64,000 nucleotides of DNA, taken from Paecilomyces variotii. Its lineage: Eukaryota. Within the stretch, counting starts at the first letter, position 1; each line of letters begins with the position of its first letter. The translations under genes were made by a program, and so were the position numbers. Shown in pieces: positions 13,238 through 27,096 of this stretch. The stretch lies in NCBI GenBank assembly GCA_004022145.1, contig RCNU01000003.1. One strand, written 5' to 3'. The notes under the pieces are model-generated. The model saw only the letters and a program-made list of their open reading frames with translations, made no database searches and was not told the origin of the DNA.

Positions 13238-13846
13238 AATTTGTTGGAGTACCTATCGGGTTAATGTACTATCAAACGATTCTTCTTGATTGCTGTATAT
13301 ATGAAATTATTACACTGCTCACAACTTGCTGTGTTTTTGCTATTTTGAGGGAAATACTGTCATACTCGGTTGGGAATTAGGTACGGTGCTAGTGCGCGTC
13401 CTACATGGTTGTCTATGGCTTTGTGCTATTTCCCTTCATGCTGGTGTATGCTGAATAAATATATTTGGGATACTGCGTTTGTATATATGTATGTACTGTA
13501 CTTGTCGCTCCCAGGTAGATTATTGACAATACTGAAGGCACAAAAACGCAAAATAAATATGAACCTGAATCCTAGAAAGACACCTGTGATAATAATTCCC
13601 ACCTCTCCCAGTCCAATACAAAGAAATGATCTGAATGTGTGCTTCACACGCATTTCAACCTTACGCATCTAGTCCGCCCGTTTTATCCTCCCCCGCCAAA
13701 CCACCAAACGCGAGTGACGCGCTCCCTTGTCTTCTCGTCCGTTTACCACACAACTCTCTCCTTCCCCGAGAACGACATCTAAAGAGGCCATTGACGCCTC
13801 TCCATATCCATATCCCAAGAGAGCCTCGAGTCCTCTCTAATCCACA

Positions 13847-14686
13847 ATGTCCAACTCCATCAACCCTCCCACCATACCATCCCCGCGAGAATCCAGTACA
13901 ATGCGCGCCGCCCCAACACAAACTCTCATCCTCGTTGTCGCAACAACACCCGTGCGCACAACATGCCCCTCGACAGGAAAGACAATCACGCGTCTCGGAA
14001 TCGGTCTCAACGGCACCCTTCCCTGGCCGCGGATTAAATCCGACATGAGTTTCTTCGCGCGCGTCACGGCGCGTCCGCCACGAGAGGGAACGACCAATGC
14101 CATCGTGATGGGTCGGAAGACGTATCTTTCTTTACCGGGTCATTTGCGACCGCTAGCGAAGAGGATAAATGTTGTTGTGTCGCGAAATGCGACGGGACCG
14201 GTGCAGAGTATGGTGTTGGCGGATCTGGAGACGCAGCGGGCGAAAAAGGCTGCTGCGGTAGCGTCAGCGCAGAAGGATGGAGAGGAGAAGAGAAAATGGG
14301 AGCCGGTCACGGATGCGATCGTTTGCTCTGGTCTGGACACTGCGTTGGAGACACTACATAGAGATTTCGAGCAGCAGGAAAAATTGGGAAAGGTGTTCGT
14401 TATTGGTGGTGGAGAGATCTATGCTTCTTCATTGCAATTGAGCCGTGAAGGTCTACAAGTAAGAGTGGTCATGACGAAGGTGAAGAGGAGGAACACGCCA
14501 GAAGGCAAAGAACAGGCGTTTGAATGCGATACATTCTTCCCTGTCGACGATATGACGCCGGCGAAGGGCTGGAGAGAAGCCACTACTGACGAGGTCGCAG
14601 ACTGGGTTGGCGAGACGGTCTCCCCGGACTGGAAGGAGGACGGAGATGTTGCTATCCAGATTGTCGGCTATGAGAAGACGTCATAG
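13847..14686 (+). CDS. DFR1: Dihydrofolate reductase
   Basis: GIGLNGTLPWPRIKSDMSFF, IVMGRKTY, RPLAKRINVVVSR, VFVIGGGEIY, FECDTFFP. Confidence 0.92.
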   Translation: MSNSINPPTIPSPRESSTMRAAPTQTLILVVATTPVRTTCPSTGKTITRLGIGLNGTLPWPRIKSDMSFFARVTARPPREGTTNAIVMGRKTYLSLPGHLRPLAKRINVVVSRNATGPVQSMVLADLETQRAKKAAAVASAQKDGEEKRKWEPVTDAIVCSGLDTALETLHRDFEQQEKLGKVFVIGGGEIYASSLQLSREGLQVRVVMTKVKRRNTPEGKEQAFECDTFFPVDDMTPAKGWREATTDEVADWVGETVSPDWKEDGDVAIQIVGYEKTS

Positions 14687-15388
14687 GATAGTCCGGGGGA
14701 AACGAGAAGGGATATAGAGTCTTCCCTGCAGGTTGTGCAGGAGGGTAGCTATTTGACCCGAAAGCGCAGATATAGGCGCTCTTCGTCGAATACCAGCATT
14801 ACATAAAGCGTGAAACAGAAGGAACAGAAGGCACCAATTCAGAGTTGGTCCTATCCGCACTCGAGTCGGAATCACACTCCGGCGACTTCTAGAACTAGAT
14901 GTTTGATAACCATACTCGGGAGTATATAAACAGGTTGTGCTACATCTAAACTAATACAGGAATCCAAACCATGTAACTGGCTGAGCAGATAGGATATCAG
15001 ATGGAAAATGCCATGACAAAATCGCATCGCGCCGCCGCCATGCAACGATGCTAAACCAAACAAGAACACCCCTCTTCTACCATCAAGCTTGTCGTGTATC
15101 GATGGACGATGGACGATGGATCCGCAATCCTGAAACGCAGGCGTATCAAACAAAATTCAATTGTACAGAAAAGCCACTGCAAGTGCCTGTGAAAAGGAAA
15201 TGACCACAGTGGTATGCAATAACAGAAAGACGAGGAAGTTGACCCGATGTATGGCAAATGATTCATCATTCATAATGTCGATGAGCAAGAAAATGACACG
15301 CTAGCAGTAACAGAAACTAGCCCCCCAAAAAGCAACAGTTGCAAGATTCACATGTTGCACGTTTCTAGACCGAATGAGTTAAATGCAG

Positions 15389-18326
15389 TTAAGACTCTTC
15401 GTGTTCCTTCATGAATTTGACGAATGTCTTCTTATGGACGAGCCCGGCGTACTGTCCATCCTGGAGGACGCATAAGTAGCGCAGGCCCAATTTGACAAAG
15501 CACTGGTAAACCAAGTCGACGGGGGAATGTATATCGAGAGCAATAGGAGCCTGGAGGTTTTAGTATGTATTTCCGCATAGAAACAGAAGGAATAGGATAG
15601 CATACCGGATCAATATAGGGCGTGAAATCGGCAGGGCCGGGCCTGTTGTCATCGTCACTGTCGAATGCCGCCCACGAAGTATCTGCCGACATGATACACA
15701 TGGCACTTTCCTCGTCCTTTAGCTTGTCGAGTGCAAACTCAAGATCGGGGACAGGTATCAATCCGACTAGCACGTCATTTCGGACTATGGGCAGACCGCT
15801 GTCAAGTTCGCCAACCACTAACAGATGGTCGAGCTTCTCTCTCAGTTCCCGAGCGGGCACCAGAGGAGATTTCGAGATGTCGATGATACGACTCTGTCGC
15901 ACTGGAGGCACGATATCTCCCAGTTCGGCATCACACAAGGGATGCATCTTGTTGTCCAGGAAAGGGTAGTCGTTCATATCGGTTAATAAATCCTAGCAAG
16001 GTCAGCAGAGAAACCAGAATAGTACATCGGGGATCTTACATAGATGCTCATCGGTTCAATAGCGTCCGCAGTCCATTTTGCGCAGAGGACTGCAATCGAG
16101 AAAGGAAGCACATGGTCCAGGCTGCCTGTCAATTCAAACAGAATAACAGCCAAGGTGACCGATAGCCGTGTTACACCACACATGGTTGCACCAGCAGCTA
16201 TGAGAGCATAAACGCCTGGTGTCACACAAGATTCCATCCCCGGACCATTCGGACAGTCTCCAAAAAGGAAAAAGGTTGGATATTTGACAACGAAGTATTG
16301 TGCAATATGGCCAACGATACGGCCCATAAGACCACCGACAACCATGGACGGCACATAGATACCTGCTGGGACTTTGATACCAAATGTGACTGTAGTCAAC
16401 AGGCTCTTTATGACAAATGCAACCAGTAGATATCGTACGACCTCCATGATGCCGTCCTCGTCAGGGCACAGCCCCGTCCGCGCTTCTTCATTCTTGCCGC
16501 ATGGACTTGCGAGTTCCAAGAGCAGCTCAGCCACGGCTAATTTGGTATAACGATTCCAGAAGCTGGTAATACCCGTGATCAGAGCAACGAGGGCAACCTC
16601 GAGGACGGGCCACTTCTTGATAATGGGTATGCGTCTGAAAGAACGCGCCCACAGACTGGAAGCTTTGATAAAAAGTGCCCCCAAGGCACCGCCTAAGATA
16701 CCAAGAACAATGAAGAGTATCATCTCGAACATCTCCCAGTCTGACACATACCGCACTTGAAACAGAACGATCTTACCCGTGCCGTAGGGGTTAAGGAACT
16801 TCAGAGACAGAGCAGCGGCCTATAGTTTCATTAGCGTCAACAGAACGAGGAACGCGGAATTCATCGACATACTATGCAGCAGAAGAATGTTCTGAACAAT
16901 GTCTTTGGGGGGAAGTAATAGCTATAACATCCTGTGAGTATAGAGCCGGGGAACAGATGACAAGAAAAGCATACCTGACTTCCTCCAAGCTGAAAAGGAC
17001 ACCCCCAATTGGTGCACCAAAGGCAACAGCGACACCGCTGGCAGCGCTGGCACTCAGTACCTCGCGTCTCTTCCCGTCATTCTGATGGTACTTCGAGAAC
17101 ATGCGACAGCAGATGTTGCCCACACACGTGGCGATATGGACGTAAGGGCCTTCCTTTCCTAAGCTGAGACCCGATGAGACACTCAGGATAAGGGCCAGCG
17201 TCTTGAGGATCAAAGTCTTTAATCCCAGATAGCCATGCAGAACGAAGCCACTCAATATGACTTTCACTTCCGCGACCCCACTGCCGGCCGCGGAATAGTA
17301 GACCATGTCTGGACGCCCTTGTATGGCAGTTAATGCTCTGGTCGGACTGTTGTTTGACTTGGGGTCGTCGATTGTTTCGCCGTTCTTTGCCCGACGGGAG
17401 TCAGCTCCCAAATTCTCATCAAGCGTCGTCAGCGCGACAGAAGAAGGAACAACGGTCTTGGTGAGTAGCGTCAAGCAGCATGATGCCGTTGCAAGTACAG
17501 TGGCCCAAAATACGAACATCACGAAGTCCACTCGTTGGTCCTCTACCCCCGACGGCGTTAGAATCTGGGACCAAGACCGCCATGCGTGACATTGTTCCTC
17601 GCCCTTGCAACAGTTGGCCTTGCTAAGAAACCATGTTGACGTACAGAAGCCTTCTTTGAGGCTATGAATGGAATTCTCATTCACATCCACAAAGTATGCA
17701 ATAGCGGCAGTAATGCATCCCGTCACTGCGACAAGTATCCAACCCTGCGCACTATCGAACAAGGCCAGTAATCGTCCACGGACATCTCTCCTGCTTCTGA
17801 GCTCTCGGAGACGAATACCGTCGGAGATACTGTCGTGGACCCAGTCCGTCGAAGTAAACTGATCGTACCATGCCCGTTCATCCAGGAAAGAGGAACTCAT
17901 CATGGGGTCCTTCGAGTTATCTGCGGTACTTTGCCGCCTCGTCATCACTGGACTGCCACTCCGACTGAACCGTATCGCCTGAGAGTTCGTACGGCTGTGG
18001 TTCCTCGATCGACGAACGCTGCCCACAGCACTGTTATGTCTGAAAAAGGAACCCGGGCGAGGAGCTTGCGGGAGACCGGTATACGATCGCTGCGTGTGTC
18101 CCCGGGGATTTAGACGTCCGCTCCCAAGAAGACTGGTCGTCTCATCCACATCCTCCCGTATGGCTGTAGAACGACTGCCAGCATCATCGAAGTCTGCAAA
18201 TCGACTGTACAACCTCCGCTCCAAGGAAGGAGACGGAGGGGCTGTCATCGGTCCTCGTGTCGGCTCTCCATTATAATCGTTCTCTTCATCGTCTGTCTGG
18301 GGAACAGAGGTAGTAGATCGCGGCAT
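15389..18326 (-). CDS. CLC family chloride channel/antiporter with C-terminal CBS domains, multi-exon
   Basis: GSGVAE, GKEGPYVH, AFGAPIGGVLFSLEE, PAGIYVPSM, GVTRLSVTLAVILFELTG; CBS-like tail. Confidence 0.9.
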
Positions 18327-20861
18327 CTTGTAAGAGGGATTCAACCACAAACAAAGCTCCGGTGAGCCCGTAGCTACTCTAGATCACTAGCATGAGTTAG
18401 TTAGCAACGACAGTAGATAGTTAACTAGGTGGTCATGGACCACCGCCGGAGAAGCTGAAGAGGCAACGCAGGTGCTTCCAGGCAGACATGCCCCTCCAGA
18501 ATAGTGCAGGAGATGGAGTAATATCTAATTACCTCGACAAAAGAGAGCGTCTGCGGACCGCTGCAAATAATAAAAGGATGGGGATACGCGGTGCTCTTCC
18601 GGATCCTCCGCCTAAACACCTCCAGACGGGGCAACCCTACTAGGATCAATCCCAGACCAGCGCGACTAGATAACGACACAGTTAACCAAGAGGATGATCT
18701 CTAAGCGGATGGATGGAAAAGGCAGTTATTTACCTTGCCCGATGACCATACGCACCTAAGACAAGCAGCGCGGGTTGGCGTCATCTGACCGCGATTGTCC
18801 ACACGGCGAAGTCGCTGGACCTTTTGGCGGACCCGCGATTGCCCTTAAACTCGGACAGGCAACGAGCTACTAGAACTACTATCCGATCGTTTGAACCCTG
18901 ACTTGCACGCTTGGTCCAACCCCGCGTTGCATCTACCATACGGCTGCCATCGTTGCGCATCCACGGCTACGATGATGAAGGGATGGAGGCTTTCTGTTGG
19001 TTTCTATTGCGCGCGGACGGCTGCCATCAGGGTCGACGTGAGTGTGTGGGAGCATATTATTATTACCAATCGGCCAACTAGCTAAGTTATCTACAGTCCA
19101 TGCCGTCTCAGAGACCCAGATCAACCGGACGGCCCGTCTCTTAGGCGTCATGCTAGTCGTTTCGAGTCCTATCGCGTCGCGCATTCAGATGTATGGCTTG
19201 CTTCGAAAGCGGAATCGCGAGATCCTCTGCAGATGTTGCCGACTTTTAGGGTCCACTGCATGCACACCCAGATGACAGAGAGAAATAAAATTCCTCGGTA
19301 CGGAGTACTCTATGCTAATAAGTGCGCGGCTTGAAAACAGCAGAGACAACTTGATGCAAGGACTAGTCTAAAAAGAATATTCGCGAGATCTTGGAATGAC
19401 ACCGAACAGAGGAAGCTGCCAATCAATTGAGCATGCTGCTCTGTTAGCTAACTTAGCTGAGACCAGCAGCACTGTTCGCTTGGTGGCCGTTAACAATATC
19501 TCGAGCCTCACTCAGGCGTTGAAAGACCGCTTGGCGGAGTTATTATTATTTGGCAGCGACCATCAAGTGGTCTTTGATCCGGCTAAACTGTGGGTCACTG
19601 CTTGTCGCTTGATCTACGGAGTACGGAGTACACGTGTAAGGGCAAAAAGCTATATCGATTCGTACGCTGTCTCGCGATAGATCCGTGTGAAAATCTCCTA
19701 TAAAGGGCATGCAGGAGTTTCCTGGACCGTTCCTCGTCTAGATATCTGGTTATAGTGCTTCTACGGACTATGCATAGTAATACATTGCATAGACGCACCA
19801 GGGATCGCCATATTTCTCCGAAAACCTCTTCTCCGGGAAACCCCCCAACAATACTATTGAGAATAATAGGGGCATCGATTATCTGAACTTCCTGAAGTGA
19901 CTGCACTGGCGTGCTAATCCCGGTACAGAATTGCTGCTATATGTGACATAGTATCCAGAAAACAGAAACCCAACACATTACAGCATCTCAGGGACATGAC
20001 ACGAAGGGCCATTGATGCGAAAGCCAGTTCATGAACAGCTGGAATCAATTACCCCAAATTGTCTGATGTGTATTACTTTTGTGCCTAGTGTATACCTCGG
20101 ATCAAACGTAGTAGAAAAGAGAGCAATGGATTCTCGAGGACATGCGATCATGCAGTTACCATGCGATAGTTCCTCTACCTGGAGTAGCAATCTACAGGGG
20201 CAATATGCAGGTAGCCCAGAACTAGCCTAATTTTACATTGCAGACAATAGCACTTCAATGTCAAGTTGATAAGGAGTAATGATTGTCAATGCAGCCCATT
20301 TCAATAATAGTAATAGGCAGCTTTCAGCATAGGAAAAAGGGAAAAAAAGCTAGATGTGGATCAAAAATTGTTATAGTCGCTTCCCACCTGCACCAGTTTG
20401 GAAAACAACGGACCGGCACAACGGACACTAATGACAGGCCCAGTGGGAACCCCCGAAGAAAAGCCATGGAGAACTCCTGAAAGAGGACCGCTTCTTCGGT
20501 TGATGTTGGACAAGAAAACATATTGTATTTCGAACAAAGGAGCAGCAACTGGCCGAACGCGTGACAGATTCGGGGCAACGGCACGAGCCTCTTGTTGACC
20601 AGTAATGAGTCTAACGACCGTAGCCACAAAAGAAAAAAAAAACCTTGGGACGAAAGAGCCCCCCACTCCAACAATTGGGAAGTTGGAGAGAGCTCAGGCA
20701 TCTGATGTAAGACTCCCGTCCCTGGGGAAATTCAATATATTAATCCGCGCGGGGGACGGGCTATCGTATAATCGAATTTTCTGTATAGATTGTTCTTGCT
20801 ATCATTTCCTTTTTTTCTCAGAGAGATTTTTTGGGACGCTAGCACATCTTCTGCAGAGAGG

Positions 20862-21992
20862 ATGTCGACCGACGAGCCCGTCCTAGGTGATTTGGAGAAG
20901 TCTGTGTCGTGTCTTCCTTACGACCAGTTTATCCTCTTTGGGGACTCCCTGACTGAGTTCTCTTGTAATCAGGAGCAGGGGTTTGGATTCCACCCAGCCT
21001 TGCAAAATTGTAAGTACGAATGCAGGGAATCTGCGTCGTCATGTCTTAGCCCCCCCAATGCCCTTTTTCTCCGAGTATGAACATGCATGCGATCTTGAAA
21101 GAAAGCTATATACTATCCCTTTTTGATTACCCTTTCCAGATGTGAATATGTGCGCTGAGGCTAATACCTACAAAAGCCTATAGCAGACGCCTCGATGTCG
21201 TCAACCGAGGGTTCAGGTATACCTTTCTCTATCCCCGTCGTGTTTTTACCATCATCAGACTGACTCTACTCAAGAGGATACACTACCGCGCATGCCATCA
21301 AAGTCTTTCCTAAATTCTTCCCAGCACCCCAGATAGTGCGCGTTCGACTTATGGTAAACCCCATCCTTGCACTCTTTGTAGTGTAATCTGAGCGTACACT
21401 GACTGGCCCAGACAATTTTCTTTGGTGCCAATGATGCGGTTTTGCCAAACTTCGCTCAACATGTGCCACTTGAAAAGTACAAGGAAAATCTGAAGGCGAT
21501 CATAAAGCATCCTGCGACCGTAGCTCAGGCCCCAAAGATCTTGCTGCTCACAGCACCGCCTATTAATGAACACCAACTGGTAGGCTTCGATGCGCGGAAA
21601 GGATTCTCGAGCCCGAGCAGAACTGCGGGAAATACAAAACTCTACGCAGATGCTTGTCGTGAAGTCGGTTCCTCTCTTGGTATACCAGTGGTCGATATTT
21701 GGACCGCATTCATGAAAGCTGCTGGTTGGCAGGAAGGACAACCGTTAGTTGGATCCAGGGATCTCCCGAATAACGAAATCCTCGCAAGTTTGCTATCAGA
21801 TGGTTGGTCCTGATCCGACGGGTTATCTCTTGCACAGCTAACTCATATTACTTGACAGGCTTGCATTTCACACCGGAAGGTTACAAAATCATGTATAATG
21901 AGGTGCTAAATGTTATTCGGACGGCATACCCCGATCAGGATCCGGAGCAACTCCCCATGGTTTTCCCTGGATGGGAACAGGCCCCAAAATGA
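20862..21992 (+). CDS. SGNH/GDSL esterase, Iah1-like, multi-exon
   Basis: ILFGDSLTE block I, VVNRGF.GY block II, FFGANDA block III, DGLHF block V across introns. Confidence 0.88.
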
Positions 21993-23017
21993 GGAGCCTT
22001 ATGGGGACATTTTGGGAGGCTTTCTTCGTTTGGCGGGGACGGATGGCGGTAACCTGGGACTTTAGGGGCGTAAGTAAAAGCTGGGGAAAAGCCTTTGGGT
22101 TTTTTGAAAAAAAGGCCACCGCAGGTGTAAATTAGCCATATAAGTATCTAAATAAGGGGGCCGGAAAGTTGTTAAAGCCTCTTTCTTTTGCTTGTAACTT
22201 ATGTCGTGGGTTGAACAGGTACCAGTGGCAAGCGGTCTAGATCCGAATGAGACAAAGACCCCAAGCTCAAACTCTCCCCTCCGCAACCCCAGGTCTCTCG
22301 ACGGCTTGGCTAACTTGAAGTCTCGCAATTATAATCACCACCTCTGCCCTTTCCCGCAAACACTTGAACACTTGGATCCGTCCTTCACACTGCTTTTAAA
22401 CCTCTCAGCGAGTCACCAAACGAACTCCCGGGTAATTAGGATCGGTCGCCACTTCGCGTCTCCCCGGAACAGCTCGTACTATCAGTCAGTTCTGTACACA
22501 AAAGTCGTCGATCTAGTACCATCCCTTTGAGCAGAGTTCTTCTAGTGTCTGCTACGTACGATTACCGTATCATCCATATCGACAATCAGCCAACGGTATC
22601 ACTGGTTTACAAATCGAAACACATCGGACTGCACACCGGGCGACTTCCACCCCTTCCGCTCACTCGCTACACTCCTCTTCGACCTTAGCTGCCACCGGGC
22701 ACCTATTTGTGTTTAATAAGTGCATAGGACACGTTTTATGTTAAACATCGATTTGGATACTTGAGAATCAGTACGGGATTGGGTGGACGGCCGTGAGGCC
22801 GTCTCGCAGAGAAGGTGGGAGGAGGATATCAGGGACGCACGGGATTGCAAGGATAGGACCGCGGGGCCATTCCAGGTATACTACAGGCTGTTGGGAACAG
22901 GTCTGAAGCTCATCACTTCTTCCTAACACGGCAACTTCTGAGTCCTGACTGCGTGGCTGTGCCTGGCAGAAAGCTGTCTGCCGTGAGGGGAAGATTTGTT
23001 GTTGGCTGTTACCCGCT

Positions 23018-24791
23018 ATGGATGCTCAGTACCCTTTTGCGTCGCGGGAAGACATCTGGCGCGTATTTGAGGAAGTCAAGGATCTCTACGCTACGCAAAT
23101 CGAACACGGGGAGCGGATTGCCAGATTGGAACGCCGCAAGGAGGACGATGCGAGATTGAAAAGTGTCTGGGGTCCTTTGTCTCCTTTCCCGAGCAGCGTT
23201 GCGGGCGTCATACCTCCCGGTAAGCACTTCTTTCAACTTACTTCAAGGCCGCAGGACTCTGGCTAACGGAATAAAAGTTGAAACTCCTTTCAACCCAGCT
23301 GCTGAAGCGTTTCGCGGCTTCGATCAAGGACACCAGCCAGGTCTCGTCAGCGCTATGGCATTGGATGGGGAGGATGAACCTAGAAGAGGAGCCTCAAGAG
23401 CGAACAGTGTTCGATTCGATGAGAGTGCCATACATGGATACTATGGGCAGGTGAATCGATCGAGTAGCGAGCTTCCCTTGAGGACGAGCAGTGGCATGAG
23501 CGGCCATCCTCTGACCGAACGATCCTTATCGCATAGGTCAGACGGCAGACAGAGCTCATCTGGTCAGTCACATCATTCAGCCAGAACCAACAGTCTTGGC
23601 CTCGATACCAGCAGGCTGATGGGTTCCGCAAGCGGGTCCCCTTCGACTGCTATGACACCTCCCCCCGGGCTTTTCATACTGGGCCCTGTGCCTTGCATCA
23701 TCCGCTGCTGGCTAACAACAAACTTTTCCAATGATTCTCTGCTCTATGCCGCTGTTTGCTCTGGATCATATACTTCCTTTCTTTGTTATCCCATGATCGA
23801 GAGGCTCGGCCTGGAGGATCTCATCATCCAAGATGGCGACCTACGTTGCATAAAACTGCCAGTATATCTTCCGGAAGCCAGTGTTCATCAGACATCCTCT
23901 CGTGCTGGTAGCCCTACTCCGCAGCTTCCATCCTTGACAATTCGCTTCCTTATCCGCGAGATCGACCCCACCGACAAAGGAATCCAGATCTTTCTCGGAA
24001 GCGACATCCTTCGTTCCCACAATGCTGATATCATGTTCTCTCAGGACAAGATCCTCATGGTGGATGACGAAAGGAACAAGATATCTATCCCTCTTGTTAG
24101 GCCTGAGAATGATTCAGTTTTCAATTGTTTGACAACTGTCGCGGACAAATCTTGGCATGAGGGCGCAGGACGACGTGACACGAATGGGCACTACCATGCC
24201 AATGGGAGTGTAGTGGGAGCGGTTAGCCGTCCTGCTTCGGCTACACTGCAGGAGAACTTGTCTGAAGCAGCAATAGCACCGGTTTCGAAAGAGACCTATG
24301 AGGTTGGCCCCAAATCTAGTTCTTCACATTCGCATGAGCCGCCAGAAGACGCAAGCCTGCAACAGACGCATCCAAAGTCTGCCGCAGGGAATGACTCCTC
24401 GCTCGATGCGCAGTGCAGACCAGAGAATACAAGCGTCTGGAGTTCTTGGAGACGTGACTCAAAGACAGACGCTAATGCTATCGGAATGTCCAAGTCAACG
24501 CGTGGCCGCGCAATGAAAGTTCTGCGGCCTTCTAAATCTTCTTCTTCGAACCGTGCTGTATCCACGCCTACCGCGGGCTCTAGCTCTGAGAATACGAATC
24601 CCAATCCTCCTGAAAATCGTCGACCAAGCCAGCCGGCATCTGCTGGCTCGCCCGAGATTTTCCAACCGACCCCGAGTCGGTCGGCCAGTACCAAGTCCGG
24701 AGATGGACCATGGCCGACGAAAACTCGATCTCTTAACCCAGTTGGAGGCGCTTCTGCGTTCGGATGGCTTAATTCCCAGCAACCCAAGTAG
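23018..24791 (+). CDS. Conserved-looking fungal protein with a central retropepsin-like domain and disordered flanks (1 intron ~23220-23277)
   Basis: MDAQYPFASREDIWRV exon then long ORF; YAAVCSGSYTSFL...RLGL and IFLGSDILRSHNADI motifs. Confidence 0.7.
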
Positions 24792-25326
24792 GCACTAAGA
24801 TGCCAACCTGCACGTCTCAGCGGATCTATGTATGCGATGCCTCTGCGTAGTCTCTTGCTTTTTACGACTGTATCCTATTTCCGAAAGGGGCGTGAAGCTC
24901 TTGGAATCGGACGATGGCCCTGTCTATGCTGGAAACAGCTAATGGCCATGTCCGGGTACCTGCGTGAATTCCTTGTTTGACAGATTCTTTCTACTTTATT
25001 CAGCTCGACATCGATGGAGCGGTGATGTGTGTCTTAGTAGTAGTGATGCAGTTGATCGGTCACTTCCACGTTGATCACGACGACCTAGCCAATGTCTGTG
25101 TAGCAATGGAACTATTCCAAGTAAAACGTGACCCGTCAAAATTCCGTCCACACTCTAAGGTGACGATAATACGATGTAGGGAGTCAGTATACTGAGTGAG
25201 TGAAAAAAGAAAGCATGCTTGTAGCCTTTTCGTACTTGGTATCCTTCTGCAGCCCAGTACTTAGTAAACTAACCGATCCTCATTATCCAAAAAAGGATCC
25301 CGAAGACAAAGTATACCATCGCAATG

Positions 25327-27096
25327 CTAATTAATAATCTGACCCTGCGGTGTATACGTCCAATTACTAACAGCAACACTAAACTCCCCATTAACACTCC
25401 CATTCCTCCCATTCGTAGTGGCATACGGCCCCACGAGCGTCCCCGTAAACCCCCAACTCATCTGCGAACCTCTCGCGTATCCATACGTCTGCATGAGATG
25501 TCTCTGATCGCGAGGCCCCGCGGAGAAGGAATAGTGCGTCCAATTAAAAGCTTTGATTTCCATTGTTATAGCCGTGTCGAGAGACATGTATGATGGGAAA
25601 GGGACGATGGTGTCTGGAATAGAAGTGTTGGATATTCCACGGAAGCGGAAGTGAGGCGTTGGGATTGTTGAATTCTTCGACGACGACGACGACGAAGAAG
25701 AAGAAGAAGAAGAGAGAAGGACAATTCCCAACTCGAAATGATAGCGCTGCACTAGGAATACAGATACGCCTACTTCGTCTTCTTCTTCGCGGAGGCTAGA
25801 TGCGTTCACGTCTAATGTGTACGTGAATAGATTATCTGTTTGACGTCGTCCGATGAAAGTTTGACCTAGTCCCCCGGTATAGTACCCATCATAGGCTGTT
25901 AGGTTCAAGATAGAGGAGCGTAGAACGAGTGAATTGTCATACCCGGGTGGAGAGACAAGATAAGTATCTGGTGTTGGGAGGCGCCAGTGTACCAGATGTT
26001 CTGGGATCGAAGAGCCTGGAGGGAAAGTGAGATGATCGGGAGAATCAACATATGGGCCTTCACCATGTGGGACCAGTGCCCGTGGTGGAAGATCCCATCC
26101 ATTCTCTATTCCACTGACATTGGTGAATATTGGCCATTCACCTCGATCCCAAGTGACAGGAGTCAAGACAGTTTCTCTCCCCATCGGGTAATTCAGAAAC
26201 TCGGGTCCCGAACGAGTGGATAATGCAACAGCCCACCAGTTTCCACGAACATCTTGAAACAGGTCCGCATGGCCAACGGTCTGGAAGAAAGATCTCGTGT
26301 TTGCGTTGGTCAAAAGAGGATTGTGCGGTGCGGGTACATATGGACCTTGAATTCCATGCTGGGAACGCGCCATAGTAACCATATGACCAAGTCCAGTTCC
26401 GCCTTCTGCTAGCATGAGATAGTAGAAGCCATCTTTCTTGTAGATATGTGGCCCTTCTGGCGCGAGTGCACCAGTGCCATTCCATGGGTTCGACCATGGG
26501 CCTGTTTTGCCGTTCTGTAGATCTATCGTCGCGAGTTGGATACCCGGCCAGACACTGTACTCGTGGCTTCCTACGACGTATACTTGCCCATCATCATCAT
26601 CATCCCAGAAGAGGGATGTGTCGTACCCGCCAAATTCGAAATGTACTGGATCCGTCCAGCTAGTCGAGTTATAAGGATTATCGGTGGCGATCACGAAGTT
26701 ATCCCATCTTGAAACATTGTCCTTTGGCAAATCATCAAATACTAGAGTCGTACTGATACAAAATCTCCCTTGGCCCTTCTCTTCACGATACCGTAGAGTT
26801 GGCGCCCAGATTCCGCTTGTACTCCGATTTGTTGTGGCCAATGCAGGCAGCATTTCTGGGCGAGAGATGGCATTACCGATGAGTTTCCAATTTTGCAGGT
26901 CCCGCGAGGCATGGATCGGTATCCCTGGGAAGGCATTGAAACTGCTCGAAGCGCAGAAGTAAGTCTTGTCCCATGATGGCACGAAGATACAACTGGGGTC
27001 AGGATGGAAGCCCGGTAGGATGGGATTGATGTAAGTGCTGTTAGCCCCCAGTGCAGTGGCACTGACGGCGAGCATTGTGAGAATTGCAGAGATCAT
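25327..27096 (-). CDS. Secreted GH43 beta-xylosidase/alpha-L-arabinofuranosidase with C-terminal beta-sandwich
   Basis: Signal peptide; NPILPGFHPDPS, SGIWAPTLRY, YDTSLFWDDD, APEGPHIYKKDGFYYLMLAEGGT, TVGHADL; poly-Ser linker. Confidence 0.92.
   Translation of the reverse strand: MISAILTMLAVSATALGANSTYINPILPGFHPDPSCIFVPSWDKTYFCASSSFNAFPGIPIHASRDLQNWKLIGNAISRPEMLPALATTNRSTSGIWAPTLRYREEKGQGRFCISTTLVFDDLPKDNVSRWDNFVIATDNPYNSTSWTDPVHFEFGGYDTSLFWDDDDDGQVYVVGSHEYSVWPGIQLATIDLQNGKTGPWSNPWNGTGALAPEGPHIYKKDGFYYLMLAEGGTGLGHMVTMARSQHGIQGPYVPAPHNPLLTNANTRSFFQTVGHADLFQDVRGNWWAVALSTRSGPEFLNYPMGRETVLTPVTWDRGEWPIFTNVSGIENGWDLPPRALVPHGEGPYVDSPDHLTFPPGSSIPEHLVHWRLPTPDTYLVSPPGYDNSLVLRSSILNLTAYDGYYTGGLGQTFIGRRQTDNLFTYTLDVNASSLREEEDEVGVSVFLVQRYHFELGIVLLSSSSSSSSSSSSKNSTIPTPHFRFRGISNTSIPDTIVPFPSYMSLDTAITMEIKAFNWTHYSFSAGPRDQRHLMQTYGYARGSQMSWGFTGTLVGPYATTNGRNGSVNGEFSVAVSNWTYTPQGQIIN

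Noticed and set aside
18400-20800. Many short ORFs in the CLC-esterase intergenic region
   Set aside because: No coherent gene model or known motifs
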